DNA from: an uncultured Faecalimonas sp.
GTDB taxonomy: Bacteria; Bacillota; Clostridia; Lachnospirales; Lachnospiraceae
Direction: 5' to 3'
Assembly: GCA_964604665.1 (NCBI GenBank)
Contig: CAZRZV010000003.1
Coordinates: forward strand, 1 to 57,483
Length of the DNA: 57,483 nucleotides
Positions 1 to 8,680 of this stretch are shown piece by piece. The notes under the pieces are model-generated. The model had not been told where the DNA came from. It saw nothing but the letters and a program-made list of their open reading frames with translations, and made no database searches. How positions within the stretch are numbered: position 1 is the stretch's first letter; each line of letters starts with the position of its first letter. Made by a program: the position numbers and the translations under genes.

Positions 1-60
1 ATCACCCCTACTAGAGCGGATTGTAGGTACAGGGCACCGCTAACGCCCCGGCTGCACGGT
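1..60 (-). ncRNA. ffs: Large (Alu-domain) signal recognition particle RNA, 5' end only; runs off the window
   Basis: Minus strand reads ACCGTGCAGCCGGGGCGTTAGCGGTGCCCTGTACCTACAATCCGCTCTAGTAGGGG, closely resembling the Bacillus scRNA 5' motif GCGGTGCCCTGTACCTGCAATCCGCTCTAGCAGGG. It lies directly downstream of tadA, as in B. subtilis. Confidence 0.9.
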
Positions 61-65
61 TTCTT

Positions 66-95
66 ATTATACTATCACTTTCCCGAAAATGTCAA
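66..95 (-). promoter_or_regulatory. SigA promoter of the SRP RNA
   Basis: TTGACA (95-90), 18-nt spacer, TATAAT (71-66) on the minus strand, immediately before the RNA. Confidence 0.8.
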
Positions 96-104
96 TGCCT
101 CTTC

Positions 105-566
105 CTACTTTTTCTCACGCAGTTCTTTAAAAAACTGTTTCATCATCATACTGCATTCTTCACCAAGCACACCGATTTCCAATTCCACCTGATGATTAAA
201 CTCTTCCATTTGCAGCAAGTTCAAAATGGAGCCCGCACAACCTGCCTTTGGATTCATACAGCCAATCACCACTTTTTTCATGCGTGACTGTACAATCGCC
301 CCCGAACACATCTGACATGGTTCCAGTGTAACATACATGGTGCAATCTTCCAATCGCCAATCATCCATCTTCCTGCTTGCCCTTTTAATCGCCATCATTT
401 CCGCGTGGGCAATGGTATTCTTATCAATCGTACGGCGGTTATAGCCGCGCCCGATAATTTTATCCTGATATACAATCACACATCCAATCGGCACTTCGCC
501 AAGCGCATATGCTTTTTTTGCCTGTTTGATTGCTTGTTTCATATATTTTTCATCTTGCGTTAACAT
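105..566 (-). CDS. tadA: tRNA adenosine(34) deaminase
   Basis: EVPIG, HAE and TLEPCxMC deaminase motifs; 153 aa. Confidence 0.93.
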   Translation of the reverse strand: MLTQDEKYMKQAIKQAKKAYALGEVPIGCVIVYQDKIIGRGYNRRTIDKNTIAHAEMMAIKRASRKMDDWRLEDCTMYVTLEPCQMCSGAIVQSRMKKVVIGCMNPKAGCAGSILNLLQMEEFNHQVELEIGVLGEECSMMMKQFFKELREKK

Positions 567-570
567 CTGA

Positions 571-1197
571 TTACCTTTCTATCTGCCTGCACCAATAACC
601 AAAATCCTCGTATGTATTTTGTTCCTCTTCCGACAGATTCAAATCCAAATCCGTAGGCCTGATAAATTCCGGAAAGCCAAATGCATTCGCCGCCACCTTT
701 TCTTTTTCATGGTAAATCCCCGGAACTCCAATCCATATTTTATCATCTTCTTCCATGTACATCAAGTAATGATAATTGTAAAAACCATGCAGTAAAAAGC
801 TATTGTTTGCAAGACGCCATTCTCTCCTCGGAAGTCTCGATAAATCCTGCCTTTGGATTTTCTCACACTTGCGGGTAATCGGCGGCGTATATTCAGTTAT
901 CTCCTCTTCCTCGTTTTCTACGGGGAAATCTTGTGGAGGCGTTTCTACATCAGGGTGTTCCTCACAAGGTGGTTCATCAGGCTTTGAAATCGGCATATCT
1001 TCCTCGCAATTTTCCCAAGCAGCAATATATTTACTCCCGTCTTCCCTCTGAAATAAAATTCCCTTAATCTCATCAAGCTGTTTCGCAAAAATATGTATCT
1101 CACTCTTGTCCATCTTATTTTCCACTTTCATAAAGCCCAGATTGCGTACTCTTTCCCCGTCTTCATACTCGTATAAATATTGAATAAATTGTTCCAT
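571..1197 (-). CDS. Hypothetical protein, DUF6128-like
   Basis: N-terminal YLYEYEDGERVRNLGF, acidic/Pro linker, C-terminal NNSFLLHGFYNY...GVPG...FGF...FGYW block. Confidence 0.6.
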   Translation of the reverse strand: MEQFIQYLYEYEDGERVRNLGFMKVENKMDKSEIHIFAKQLDEIKGILFQREDGSKYIAAWENCEEDMPISKPDEPPCEEHPDVETPPQDFPVENEEEEITEYTPPITRKCEKIQRQDLSRLPRREWRLANNSFLLHGFYNYHYLMYMEEDDKIWIGVPGIYHEKEKVAANAFGFPEFIRPTDLDLNLSEEEQNTYEDFGYWCRQIER

Positions 1198-1290
1198 AAT
1201 CCACCATCCTTCTTCATAGCCTTGTCTCTACACACCAATGTATTCTTACATTCCACAAAAAAGAACTGTTTCAGGCTCGCCATTTATAAA

Positions 1291-1330
1291 AAAGGCATTA
1301 GCGATATCGAAATCACTAATGCCCTGTTTT
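1291..1330 (-). terminator. Intrinsic terminator after cysK
   Basis: GGCATTAG...CTAATGCC inverted repeat flanked by A/T tracts. Confidence 0.7.
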
Positions 1331-1332
1331 TA

Positions 1333-2265
1333 CTAATCTGCAAACATCAAAGTTGACAAATATCTGTCCCCCGTATCTGGAAGTAATGCTACTATATTTT
1401 TACCTTCATTCTCAGGTCTTTTTGCCAGTTCGATTGCCGCCCATACTGCGGCTCCTGAGGAAATCCCTACGAGGACGCCTTCCGTTTTTCCCATCATTTT
1501 CCCGGTTGCAAATGCATCTTCATCCGTTACCCTGATGACTTCATCATAGACTTCCGTATCCAAAACTTCCGGCACAAATCCTGCACCAATTCCCTGAATC
1601 TGATGAGGTCCCGGTTTACCGCCTGAAAGCACAGGCGAAGAAGCAGGTTCTACCGCAACAACCTCAATAGAAGCATTCTTTGATTTTAAATACTGACCGA
1701 TTCCCGTAATCGTTCCGCCTGTTCCTACCGCTGCCACAAAAATATCCACATTTCCATCCGTGTCCCGATATATCTCCGGTCCCGTTGTTTCTATATGCGC
1801 TTTTGGATTTGCAGGATTCACAAATTGTCCCGGGATGAAACTGTCCGGCGTGACTGCCGCAAGTTCATCCGCTTTTTCGATTGCCCCTGCCATACCTTTT
1901 GTCCCATCGGTCAACACCAGTTCTGCACCATAAGCTTTCATCAGCTGTCTGCGCTCCATAGACATTGTCTCCGGCATTACAATTACAATCTTATACCCTC
2001 TTGCGACTGCAACTGCTGCAAGACCAATACCTGTATTTCCCGAAGTCGGTTCGATAATCACAGAGCCCGGTTTTAATTTCCCCGTTTTCTCCGCATCATC
2101 AATCATTTTTTTCGCCACACGGTCTTTTACCGACCCTGCCGGATTTAAATACTCCAACTTTGCAAGGATTTTTGCATTCAAACCCAGTTTTTTCTCAATA
2201 TGCGTCAGCTCCATAAGCGGAGTATTTCCTATTAATTGATCCACTGATGTATAAATTTCAGACAT
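1333..2265 (-). CDS. cysK: Cysteine synthase A
   Basis: NPAGSVKDR (PLP lysine), EPTSGNTG, GTGGT, HQIQGIGAG. Confidence 0.95.
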   Translation of the reverse strand: MSEIYTSVDQLIGNTPLMELTHIEKKLGLNAKILAKLEYLNPAGSVKDRVAKKMIDDAEKTGKLKPGSVIIEPTSGNTGIGLAAVAVARGYKIVIVMPETMSMERRQLMKAYGAELVLTDGTKGMAGAIEKADELAAVTPDSFIPGQFVNPANPKAHIETTGPEIYRDTDGNVDIFVAAVGTGGTITGIGQYLKSKNASIEVVAVEPASSPVLSGGKPGPHQIQGIGAGFVPEVLDTEVYDEVIRVTDEDAFATGKMMGKTEGVLVGISSGAAVWAAIELAKRPENEGKNIVALLPDTGDRYLSTLMFAD

Positions 2266-2314
2266 CCAAATCCCTTCTTTCCCTCATCTCACATCTTCTC
2301 ATATTATATTATGG

Positions 2315-3025
2315 CTAATCTAAATAAATTGGTGGTTGGTAATCTTTTCCAAGCAATACTTTTTTGCGTTCCTGATATCCCAAGAATGCCCATTCTGTCA
2401 TGTCCGTCCATTTATGCTGTTCCTGATCATATACCTGAACATAACCGATTCTCTTAGGATGCATACGCACACTGTTTGTTTTATACTCTTTTCCCGTATA
2501 TGGATTGATTTCGCCAACCCCCAAAGCTCCCTCTCCCTGTTTTACAGGTTTTTCAACAATCTTCTCTTCCTTATTATTTCCTTTGTTTTCCGATTTTTTG
2601 AAATATCCTCTGATACCCTTCTTTAGTAACTTGCGTTCCTCAGAATCCTCTTTTGTATCCGGTGATTCCTGTACCGCAGGCACTTCTTCTACAGCAGTCT
2701 CCGCAACCGCTTCTTCGACTTCTTCCGGTATATCAACCAATTCTCCGACTGTAATATCTCTTGCAGATGAATCCTCTGCCTCTGTTTCCGCCGGAAGTTC
2801 TTCTGCTTCCATGATACTCAGTTCAAACTTGCACCCCAAAATTTCCGCAATCAGACGCATATCCTGCTCTTGGAAATTATCTCTTCCCAAACGCTGAGTC
2901 ATATTCTGTCTGGACATCGGCTTCCCTGTATACGCTTCCACAAGTTCTGCCAATTGCTTAATCGTCATCCCCTTACGGCTTAGAATGATTTTTACCTGTT
3001 CTCCAAATGTTAAATTTACCACCAC
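2315..3025 (-). CDS. XRE-like HTH protein with acidic linker and a C-terminal domain of unknown function
   Basis: N-terminal KGMTIKQLAE...SRQNMTQRL HTH-like segment; Glu-rich middle; aromatic-rich C-terminus. Confidence 0.6.
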   Translation of the reverse strand: MVVNLTFGEQVKIILSRKGMTIKQLAELVEAYTGKPMSRQNMTQRLGRDNFQEQDMRLIAEILGCKFELSIMEAEELPAETEAEDSSARDITVGELVDIPEEVEEAVAETAVEEVPAVQESPDTKEDSEERKLLKKGIRGYFKKSENKGNNKEEKIVEKPVKQGEGALGVGEINPYTGKEYKTNSVRMHPKRIGYVQVYDQEQHKWTDMTEWAFLGYQERKKVLLGKDYQPPIYLD

Positions 3026-3040
3026 GTTCCCTCCTTGCCT

Positions 3041-3877
3041 TTAATAATAAGTTTCCAAGTATTCCTCCAATGTAACTCCAAGTTCCATAATCTTTGTGGC
3101 ATCTTCTACTCCCACATAGCGATAATGCCATGGTTCATAAACAATCCCTGTAATTTCCGTCTTTTCTGGTGGATATCGTAAAATAAATCCATACTTATAG
3201 CAGTTTTCCTTCAGCCACTTCGCTTCTTTTGTCGTTTCCTGTCCCTTATCCAATTCTGAATACTGATTTGAAATCAAATCCAACGCCAAACCAAGTGCAT
3301 GTTCGCTGGTTCCCGGCTCTGCCACACTCAATCTGTTGTTATCAAATGCTTCCCAATAACTCATTCCCTGCTTTAATCTTTCTTCCAGTGATTCGTTAAA
3401 GACCTTTTCCTGTCTCTCCACGGAACGGTATGCGGAACACATCACAATATGTAAGCCCTCTGCTTTTGCATCATTCAACATCTTATTTGTCGCATCGGCT
3501 ATCCGGGAATCCACACTATAATCTTTTTTGATTTCAGTAAGCTTCGGCACATAACCCTTCTCCATCGGATGTTTGCTGTTCACCAATACCAAATACCATG
3601 GAATTTCTTTTTTGCTGTCATCCTCGCCATTCTTTTGAAGCTTGTCCAATTTCGCCTGAAGCGCGCTGACTTGATTCTCCAACTTATCGGTAGCCTGTTC
3701 AAGACTCGCCTTTGTTTTTTTCGCTTCTACCAGCTTACCGATTTCGGAACCTATAAAAGACCCAACAAGCAAAGCTGCTAAACAAAATACAAGCAACTTT
3801 TTTGTTTCTCTTTTCATTCTTTTTATTTTCCAGCAAATATATTTCCACAATTGTCCCATAAATTTTTTAAATCTCAT
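3041..3877 (-). CDS. Membrane-anchored D-Ala-D-Ala carboxypeptidase, VanY/M15B family
   Basis: N-terminal TM and coiled coil; SAYRS, SEHALGLALD (SxHxxGxAxD) and EPWH (ExxH). Start placed at ATG 3877 after GAGGGAG. Confidence 0.88.
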   Translation of the reverse strand: MRFKKFMGQLWKYICWKIKRMKRETKKLLVFCLAALLVGSFIGSEIGKLVEAKKTKASLEQATDKLENQVSALQAKLDKLQKNGEDDSKKEIPWYLVLVNSKHPMEKGYVPKLTEIKKDYSVDSRIADATNKMLNDAKAEGLHIVMCSAYRSVERQEKVFNESLEERLKQGMSYWEAFDNNRLSVAEPGTSEHALGLALDLISNQYSELDKGQETTKEAKWLKENCYKYGFILRYPPEKTEITGIVYEPWHYRYVGVEDATKIMELGVTLEEYLETYY

Positions 3878-3988
3878 ATTTATCTCCCTCGCATAACAAT
3901 ATACTACCACATGTTATTATTTCTTTTCCATAGAAATTTAAAAATTTTTCAGGAAGTTTAAAAAATAGAGTGAATTTTGCAATTCACC

Positions 3989-4531
3989 CTACAGTTTTAA
4001 CAACTTTCCTCTCAATTTACCCCATATACTACTTTGGAAATATAAATAAGCTTTGTCATATACCCACAACACAACCTGCCCTACCAAAAATGCAATCAGG
4101 ATTTCGATACCCTCAATTTTTTGCACAAAAAGCATCTCCCTGAAAAATAAGAGCGCCGGTATATAGACGATATTAAAAATGATATATTTACCTGTCCACA
4201 ATAACAGATTTCTATGCTGCAAATTTCTTTGGTCTGCAATCTTTCTCCACAGCCATTCGCTTAACAGAAGATAAAGCGACATTGCCGCGTACGTAATACA
4301 ATAAAACTTCTGTGGAGTCACTATTAAGTTTACTGCGGTGCTTGCAACACAAAAAGCAAAACCAAACCGCAATCCCCACTCACGAATCGTAATGCCCACA
4401 CAAAACGAAGCCACACCAATGAAAAACAAGCTGCTGGTTTCCACCACTGTGCTCAGCACTAACAAGACTGCCGAAAATGCTGCAAGTAATCCTGCTATCG
4501 CAATCCTCTTTGCATTTACATGCATGAGCAC
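3989..4531 (-). CDS. Multi-pass membrane protein of unknown function
   Basis: About 5-6 hydrophobic segments; overlaps the stop of the J-domain gene. Confidence 0.7.
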   Translation of the reverse strand: MLMHVNAKRIAIAGLLAAFSAVLLVLSTVVETSSLFFIGVASFCVGITIREWGLRFGFAFCVASTAVNLIVTPQKFYCITYAAMSLYLLLSEWLWRKIADQRNLQHRNLLLWTGKYIIFNIVYIPALLFFREMLFVQKIEGIEILIAFLVGQVVLWVYDKAYLYFQSSIWGKLRGKLLKL

Positions 4532-5112
4532 AAGTCACCTCCCATACACTCGCACATGGTGTCCATACACCAAAGGTCACAGCATAAGTTCCCGCTTCCG
4601 TAAGATGGGCGTCCGTAACCATACCCTGCATTTTGATAACGCTGACCTCTGAACTGCAATTGATTCCAATAGTTTGCATACTCCGGATTATTCGGCTCCA
4701 TCTCCGCGGCCTTTTTTGCATGATCCATTGCCACTAAATTGTTTCCGATACCTAAATTAGCCACGGAACTATAGTAGTACCACATCGCATTTCGATTCGG
4801 AATTCCTTCCAAAACATTCAATGCCTCGCGAAACCTCTGACTATTAATATAATTTCTGACAGCCTGTAGTTCCACCGTTTCCTGCTCACTGCCACCGTAA
4901 CTCGTACTCGCAGCGCCGCTTTCACGCTGTTTCATAATCTGTTCATAGGCTTCCTGTACTTCTTTAAACTTCTCTTCCGCTAAATCGGATAAGGGATTGT
5001 CCACATAAGAATCCGGATGGTATTTCTTACTCAATTCCCGATACGCCTTTTTTATTTCGTCATTACTTGCATTAGGAGATATTCCCAATACCTCATAAGG
5101 ATTTGTCACCAT
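4516..5112 (-). CDS. DnaJ-domain protein with TPR-like helices and a Cys-rich tail
   Basis: NPYEVLG...KYHPD...FKEVQEAY J-domain with HPD; tail [22 protein letters not shown]; start ATG 5112. Confidence 0.88.
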   Translation of the reverse strand: MVTNPYEVLGISPNASNDEIKKAYRELSKKYHPDSYVDNPLSDLAEEKFKEVQEAYEQIMKQRESGAASTSYGGSEQETVELQAVRNYINSQRFREALNVLEGIPNRNAMWYYYSSVANLGIGNNLVAMDHAKKAAEMEPNNPEYANYWNQLQFRGQRYQNAGYGYGRPSYGSGNLCCDLWCMDTMCECMGGDLCSCM

Positions 5113-5950
5113 TGCTCTTTTCCTCTTCTTTATTCTTTTCCAATAACTTTTTATGAAATTTTGTCCACACACCCGCGTACAAAATGTTTCTCAGGATTTC
5201 AGCATCTTCGATACAAGGAAGCATTTCAAAACGACTCGTACATTCTGCAAGCACACAATTCAGCATTTCTGAACATATATCGTCAAAAGTTTCTTCCTCT
5301 CGGATTGATTTCAATGCATTATAATTATGCTCTTTGATATCCTTGTCCACATCATCATAAGCATCCATGATATAAATGTATTTTCCCAGATAAAATCCCA
5401 TCTCGCGAAGCGTCTTCTCCCACACATCTTTCTTGTATACGAAAAGTTCACTCATAAGTTTCCCGAAACATCCGGCTGCGATATCTATATTTTCCTCATT
5501 CCGTGCCTCACACTCTGACAAAAGTTTCATACATTTTGCGATAATATGGCATTTTTGAGGATATTTCTGCTTTAGTTCCAAATATGTTTTTCGCAGCATA
5601 CGCAGACCAACCAGACTCTTCTTACTCTTTTCATCTTTCCAATCGTCTATCAGCTTGTGATAGGTGAGTACAATATTCATATCTGCCGCATACTCAGTAA
5701 TCTCGTTATATATCATTTTCTGCTTTTTTGCAGGATGTACCACACATCTTCTTTCTTCCGTCACAACGTCATTTTCATAGAGCGATGTAAGCAGAATCAC
5801 CAAAAATGTCATATCGTATGTGAGAGTTATCTGCCCCAAAAAGCCATATTTGTCTCGAAGGACCTTACAAAGTCCGCAATAATATGCCTTGTACTTCTGA
5901 AATTCCCGTATCTTCAGTTCCGGTTTGTGCGCCACAACATAGCCAAACAT
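5093..5950 (-). CDS. DUF5685-like protein
   Basis: MFGYV...YCGLC...LTYD...RCVVHP...KLIDDWKDE...YIMDAYDD; operonic with the J-domain gene. Confidence 0.7.
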   Translation of the reverse strand: MFGYVVAHKPELKIREFQKYKAYYCGLCKVLRDKYGFLGQITLTYDMTFLVILLTSLYENDVVTEERRCVVHPAKKQKMIYNEITEYAADMNIVLTYHKLIDDWKDEKSKKSLVGLRMLRKTYLELKQKYPQKCHIIAKCMKLLSECEARNEENIDIAAGCFGKLMSELFVYKKDVWEKTLREMGFYLGKYIYIMDAYDDVDKDIKEHNYNALKSIREEETFDDICSEMLNCVLAECTSRFEMLPCIEDAEILRNILYAGVWTKFHKKLLEKNKEEEKSNGDKSL

Positions 5951-6034
5951 ATTTTGCTCCCTTTCATCAGACTGCAATCAGTATAACATAATACTTGTGT
6001 CCTTTGTATGATTTTTGAATTTTTAATAAAACCT

Positions 6035-7222
6035 TTAGATTTGTTTCAATAAGGAAGTTCCAATGCAGTTCGGGGGCATTTCCAGTCCAAAATTCTCTGC
6101 AATCGTTGCTCCGATGACCGCAAAGGTATTCTGCTCTGCCAAAAAACCGCCTTTCGCCATACTCGGAGACCATGCAATAAACGGAACTTTCTCCCTCGTA
6201 TGGTCAGTCCCTCTATAAGTGGGGTCATTGCCATGGTCTGCCGTTAAAATTACTAAATCATCCTCTTTTAATATAGGAAGAAGTGCTCCCAATTTTTCAT
6301 CAAACAGTTCAATCTCTCTCGCATAACCCTCCACATTTCGTCTGTGACCCCAAAGTGCATCAAAATCCACCAAATTAGTAAAACACAATCCTTGGAAATC
6401 ACCCTCTGCAATCTCAATCGTCTGTTCCATGCCATGCACGGAAGATTTCGATTTGTTAGAAACCGTCAAGCCTTCCCCGTCAAAAATATCATATATCTTG
6501 CCAACAGAAATCACATCATAACCATTTTCTTTCAAAACATTCAATACCGTTTTTTCGCTTGGTTTCAGAGCATAATCGTGACGGTTCGCGGTTCTTTTAA
6601 ATTCACCTTTTTTCTGACCTACATATGGCCTTGCAATGACTCTTCCCACACGCCATTCATCCCTCATGGTGAGTTTTCTGGCAATTTCACAATATCGATA
6701 CAATGTTTCCAATCCCATCGTCTCTTCGTTGCCACATATCTGAAGTACGGAATCTGCTGATGTATATACAATCAAATGTCCTTCTTTGATTTCTTCCTCT
6801 GCCAGTTCCTCCAAAATTTCTGTTCCGCTGGCGCTCTTATTCCCAATGACTTTGCGTCCCGTTCTTTTCTCTAACTCTTTTATCAATTCCTGCGGAAATC
6901 CATTTTCCGAAAATGTCTGAAACGGTTTCGTCGTATGAATCCCCATCATTTCCCAGTGTCCTGTCATGGTATCTTTACCGACACTCATCTCATTTAGTTT
7001 CGCATATTTTCCAATAGGATTTTCTACCGGCGCGACATTTTGCAAATTACATAAATTCGCAAGACCCAGTTTTTGCAGGTTTGGTATATGAAAATTTTTT
7101 GTACGTTCTGCAATATGTCCCAATGTGTTGACACCTGTATCTCCGTACTTTTCCGAATCTTTCATTTCCCCGATTCCCAAGGAATCCAAAACAATTACAA
7201 AAATTCTCTGATATTGATTCAT
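6035..7222 (-). CDS. deoB: Phosphopentomutase
   Basis: [40 protein letters not shown]. Confidence 0.95.
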   Translation of the reverse strand: MNQYQRIFVIVLDSLGIGEMKDSEKYGDTGVNTLGHIAERTKNFHIPNLQKLGLANLCNLQNVAPVENPIGKYAKLNEMSVGKDTMTGHWEMMGIHTTKPFQTFSENGFPQELIKELEKRTGRKVIGNKSASGTEILEELAEEEIKEGHLIVYTSADSVLQICGNEETMGLETLYRYCEIARKLTMRDEWRVGRVIARPYVGQKKGEFKRTANRHDYALKPSEKTVLNVLKENGYDVISVGKIYDIFDGEGLTVSNKSKSSVHGMEQTIEIAEGDFQGLCFTNLVDFDALWGHRRNVEGYAREIELFDEKLGALLPILKEDDLVILTADHGNDPTYRGTDHTREKVPFIAWSPSMAKGGFLAEQNTFAVIGATIAENFGLEMPPNCIGTSLLKQI

Positions 7223-7320
7223 AGTGTGGACGCTCCCGTCTGTCAATTACTGTTATTGTTATATTATACCATAGGATATCGTGATTTACTTCAACAAAGT
7301 AATTTTTCTCAAAAAAGTGC

Positions 7321-7349
7321 TTGCAATTCCTTGTGAACCATTATATAAT
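7321..7349 (+). promoter_or_regulatory. SigA promoter of tRNA-Lys
   Basis: TTGCAA, 17-nt spacer, TATAAT. Confidence 0.7.
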
Positions 7350-7375
7350 AACACTTGCGTTACGAAATAGCGTAT

Positions 7376-7448
7376 GCGCGATTAGCTCAGTTGGTAGAGC
7401 ACCTGACTCTTAATCAGGGTGTCCAGGGTTCGAACCCCTGATCGCGCA
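7376..7448 (+). tRNA. tRNA-Lys (anticodon CTT); CCA not encoded
   Basis: GCGCGAT/ATCGCGC acceptor stem, D-arm TAGCTCAGTTGGTAGAGC, anticodon arm CCTGA-CTCTTAA-TCAGG, T-loop GGTTCGAAC. Confidence 0.97.
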
Positions 7449-7451
7449 TTC

Positions 7452-7490
7452 AAGCGTTGAGACTTCGGTTTCAGCGCTTTTATTTTTTTC
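7452..7490 (+). terminator. Terminator after tRNA-Lys
   Basis: AAGCGTTGAGAC-TTCG-GTTTCAGCGCTT followed by a T tract. Confidence 0.8.
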
Positions 7491-7545
7491 ATTCGAAGTC
7501 ATTGCAGCACAAAAACGAGGGACATCCCACAGGATGTCCCCATTT

Positions 7546-7830
7546 CTATTTCTTTATAATTGTTTCTAATATGCTGTCTATTCTCTCATACACTACCTGT
7601 TCGCCAAGCAGTCCTGCCATCCTTCCGACCTCTTGTCCTTCCGAAAAAAAGATAAAAGTCGGCACCAATTCTGCATGATAATGTTCCATCTGCTCCGGCT
7701 CTTTCTCGACATCTATACGAAACACCTTCAGATTCTGCTCGTAGTGTATTTCCAATTCATCTACAATCGGCATCATCATATTACATTTTGGACACCAATG
7801 TGCGAATAGCACAACCATTTCTACTTTCAT
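7546..7830 (-). CDS. Thioredoxin family protein
   Basis: FAHWCPKC (WCxxC), VPTF; RBS GAGGAGG before ATG 7830; followed by a GGGACATCC/GGATGTCCC hairpin. Confidence 0.88.
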   Translation of the reverse strand: MKVEMVVLFAHWCPKCNMMMPIVDELEIHYEQNLKVFRIDVEKEPEQMEHYHAELVPTFIFFSEGQEVGRMAGLLGEQVVYERIDSILETIIKK

Positions 7831-7858
7831 ACAGCACCTCCTCATCGCACTATGTACG

Positions 7859-7975
7859 TTAAGGTCTGCATTTTCGATTCAATATACGATGCACCTCCCG
7901 AAATGAATTCTGCAAACAATGAATCCCCGGCCGGCACCGCCTTCGTCGCCTTTTCGGGCAGAACCTCTGTTTCAT
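7859..7975 (-). CDS. Putative 38-aa Arg/Cys-rich small protein (not in the ORF track)
   Basis: MKQRFCPKRRRRRCRPGIHCLQNSFREVHRILNRKCRP*, with GGAG shortly upstream; fills the trmB-thioredoxin gap. Confidence 0.4.
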   Translation of the reverse strand: MKQRFCPKRRRRRCRPGIHCLQNSFREVHRILNRKCRP

Positions 7976-8017
7976 GGTTTCAGCTCCATACCTTCTTAAT
8001 ATAAGATATGCTGACTT

Positions 8018-8665
8018 CTACCTTGTTGCTATCAACTTATGAATGGGATTTCCCATACTTGAAAACCTAGCCTCGTACTCGGTCATAACATTCCCTGCAT
8101 TCATACTTTCGTCATGATGCAAGTCAAACGTATGCGCCAATAATCTCCAGCCTGCTTCTTCTACCTGCTCTAAAGAAAATTCAAAAAGCGGACGATTATC
8201 TGTCTTGAATTCCACTACGCCTTTTTTCGCCAGCACCTTATCATACTGCTTAAAAAACCGCGTAGATGTAAGTCTTCTTCCGGCATGTCTCGCTTTCGGC
8301 CACGGGTCCGAAAAATTCAGATAAATCCTTGCCACTTCACCATATTCAAAAACTTCCGGGAGTGTAAACGCATCCATACAGATAAAACGAATATTGGTCA
8401 GTTCACAGTATTCTTCCGTATCAAACTTTTCCAATGCCCGCAAAAGTACACTGGAATATCTCTCAATCCCAATATAGTTTATCGTCGGATTCTGTTTTGC
8501 AAGCGTCAGCAGAAACTGCCCTTTTCCCATACCTATCTCTATATAAATCGGATTTTCATTTTGAAACACGCTGTTCCATTTACCCTTTAATTCTTTTTCA
8601 TTTTTAACTGCAACCGGGTGCCTTTGAATTACATCATCAGCACCCGGAATATTTCTTAATCGCAT
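8018..8665 (-). CDS. trmB: tRNA (guanine-N7)-methyltransferase
   Basis: MRLRN, EIGMGKG, LNFSDPWPKARH, FKTD, MTEYE. Confidence 0.95.
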   Translation of the reverse strand: MRLRNIPGADDVIQRHPVAVKNEKELKGKWNSVFQNENPIYIEIGMGKGQFLLTLAKQNPTINYIGIERYSSVLLRALEKFDTEEYCELTNIRFICMDAFTLPEVFEYGEVARIYLNFSDPWPKARHAGRRLTSTRFFKQYDKVLAKKGVVEFKTDNRPLFEFSLEQVEEAGWRLLAHTFDLHHDESMNAGNVMTEYEARFSSMGNPIHKLIATR

Positions 8666-8680
8666 AATTTTTAACTTATC

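Noticed and set aside
3041-3877. Vancomycin resistance locus
   Set aside because: A lone VanY-family peptidase without vanHAX or vanRS; most likely housekeeping
7376-7500. Integrative element at tRNA-Lys
   Set aside because: No integrase and no duplicated tRNA 3' end seen
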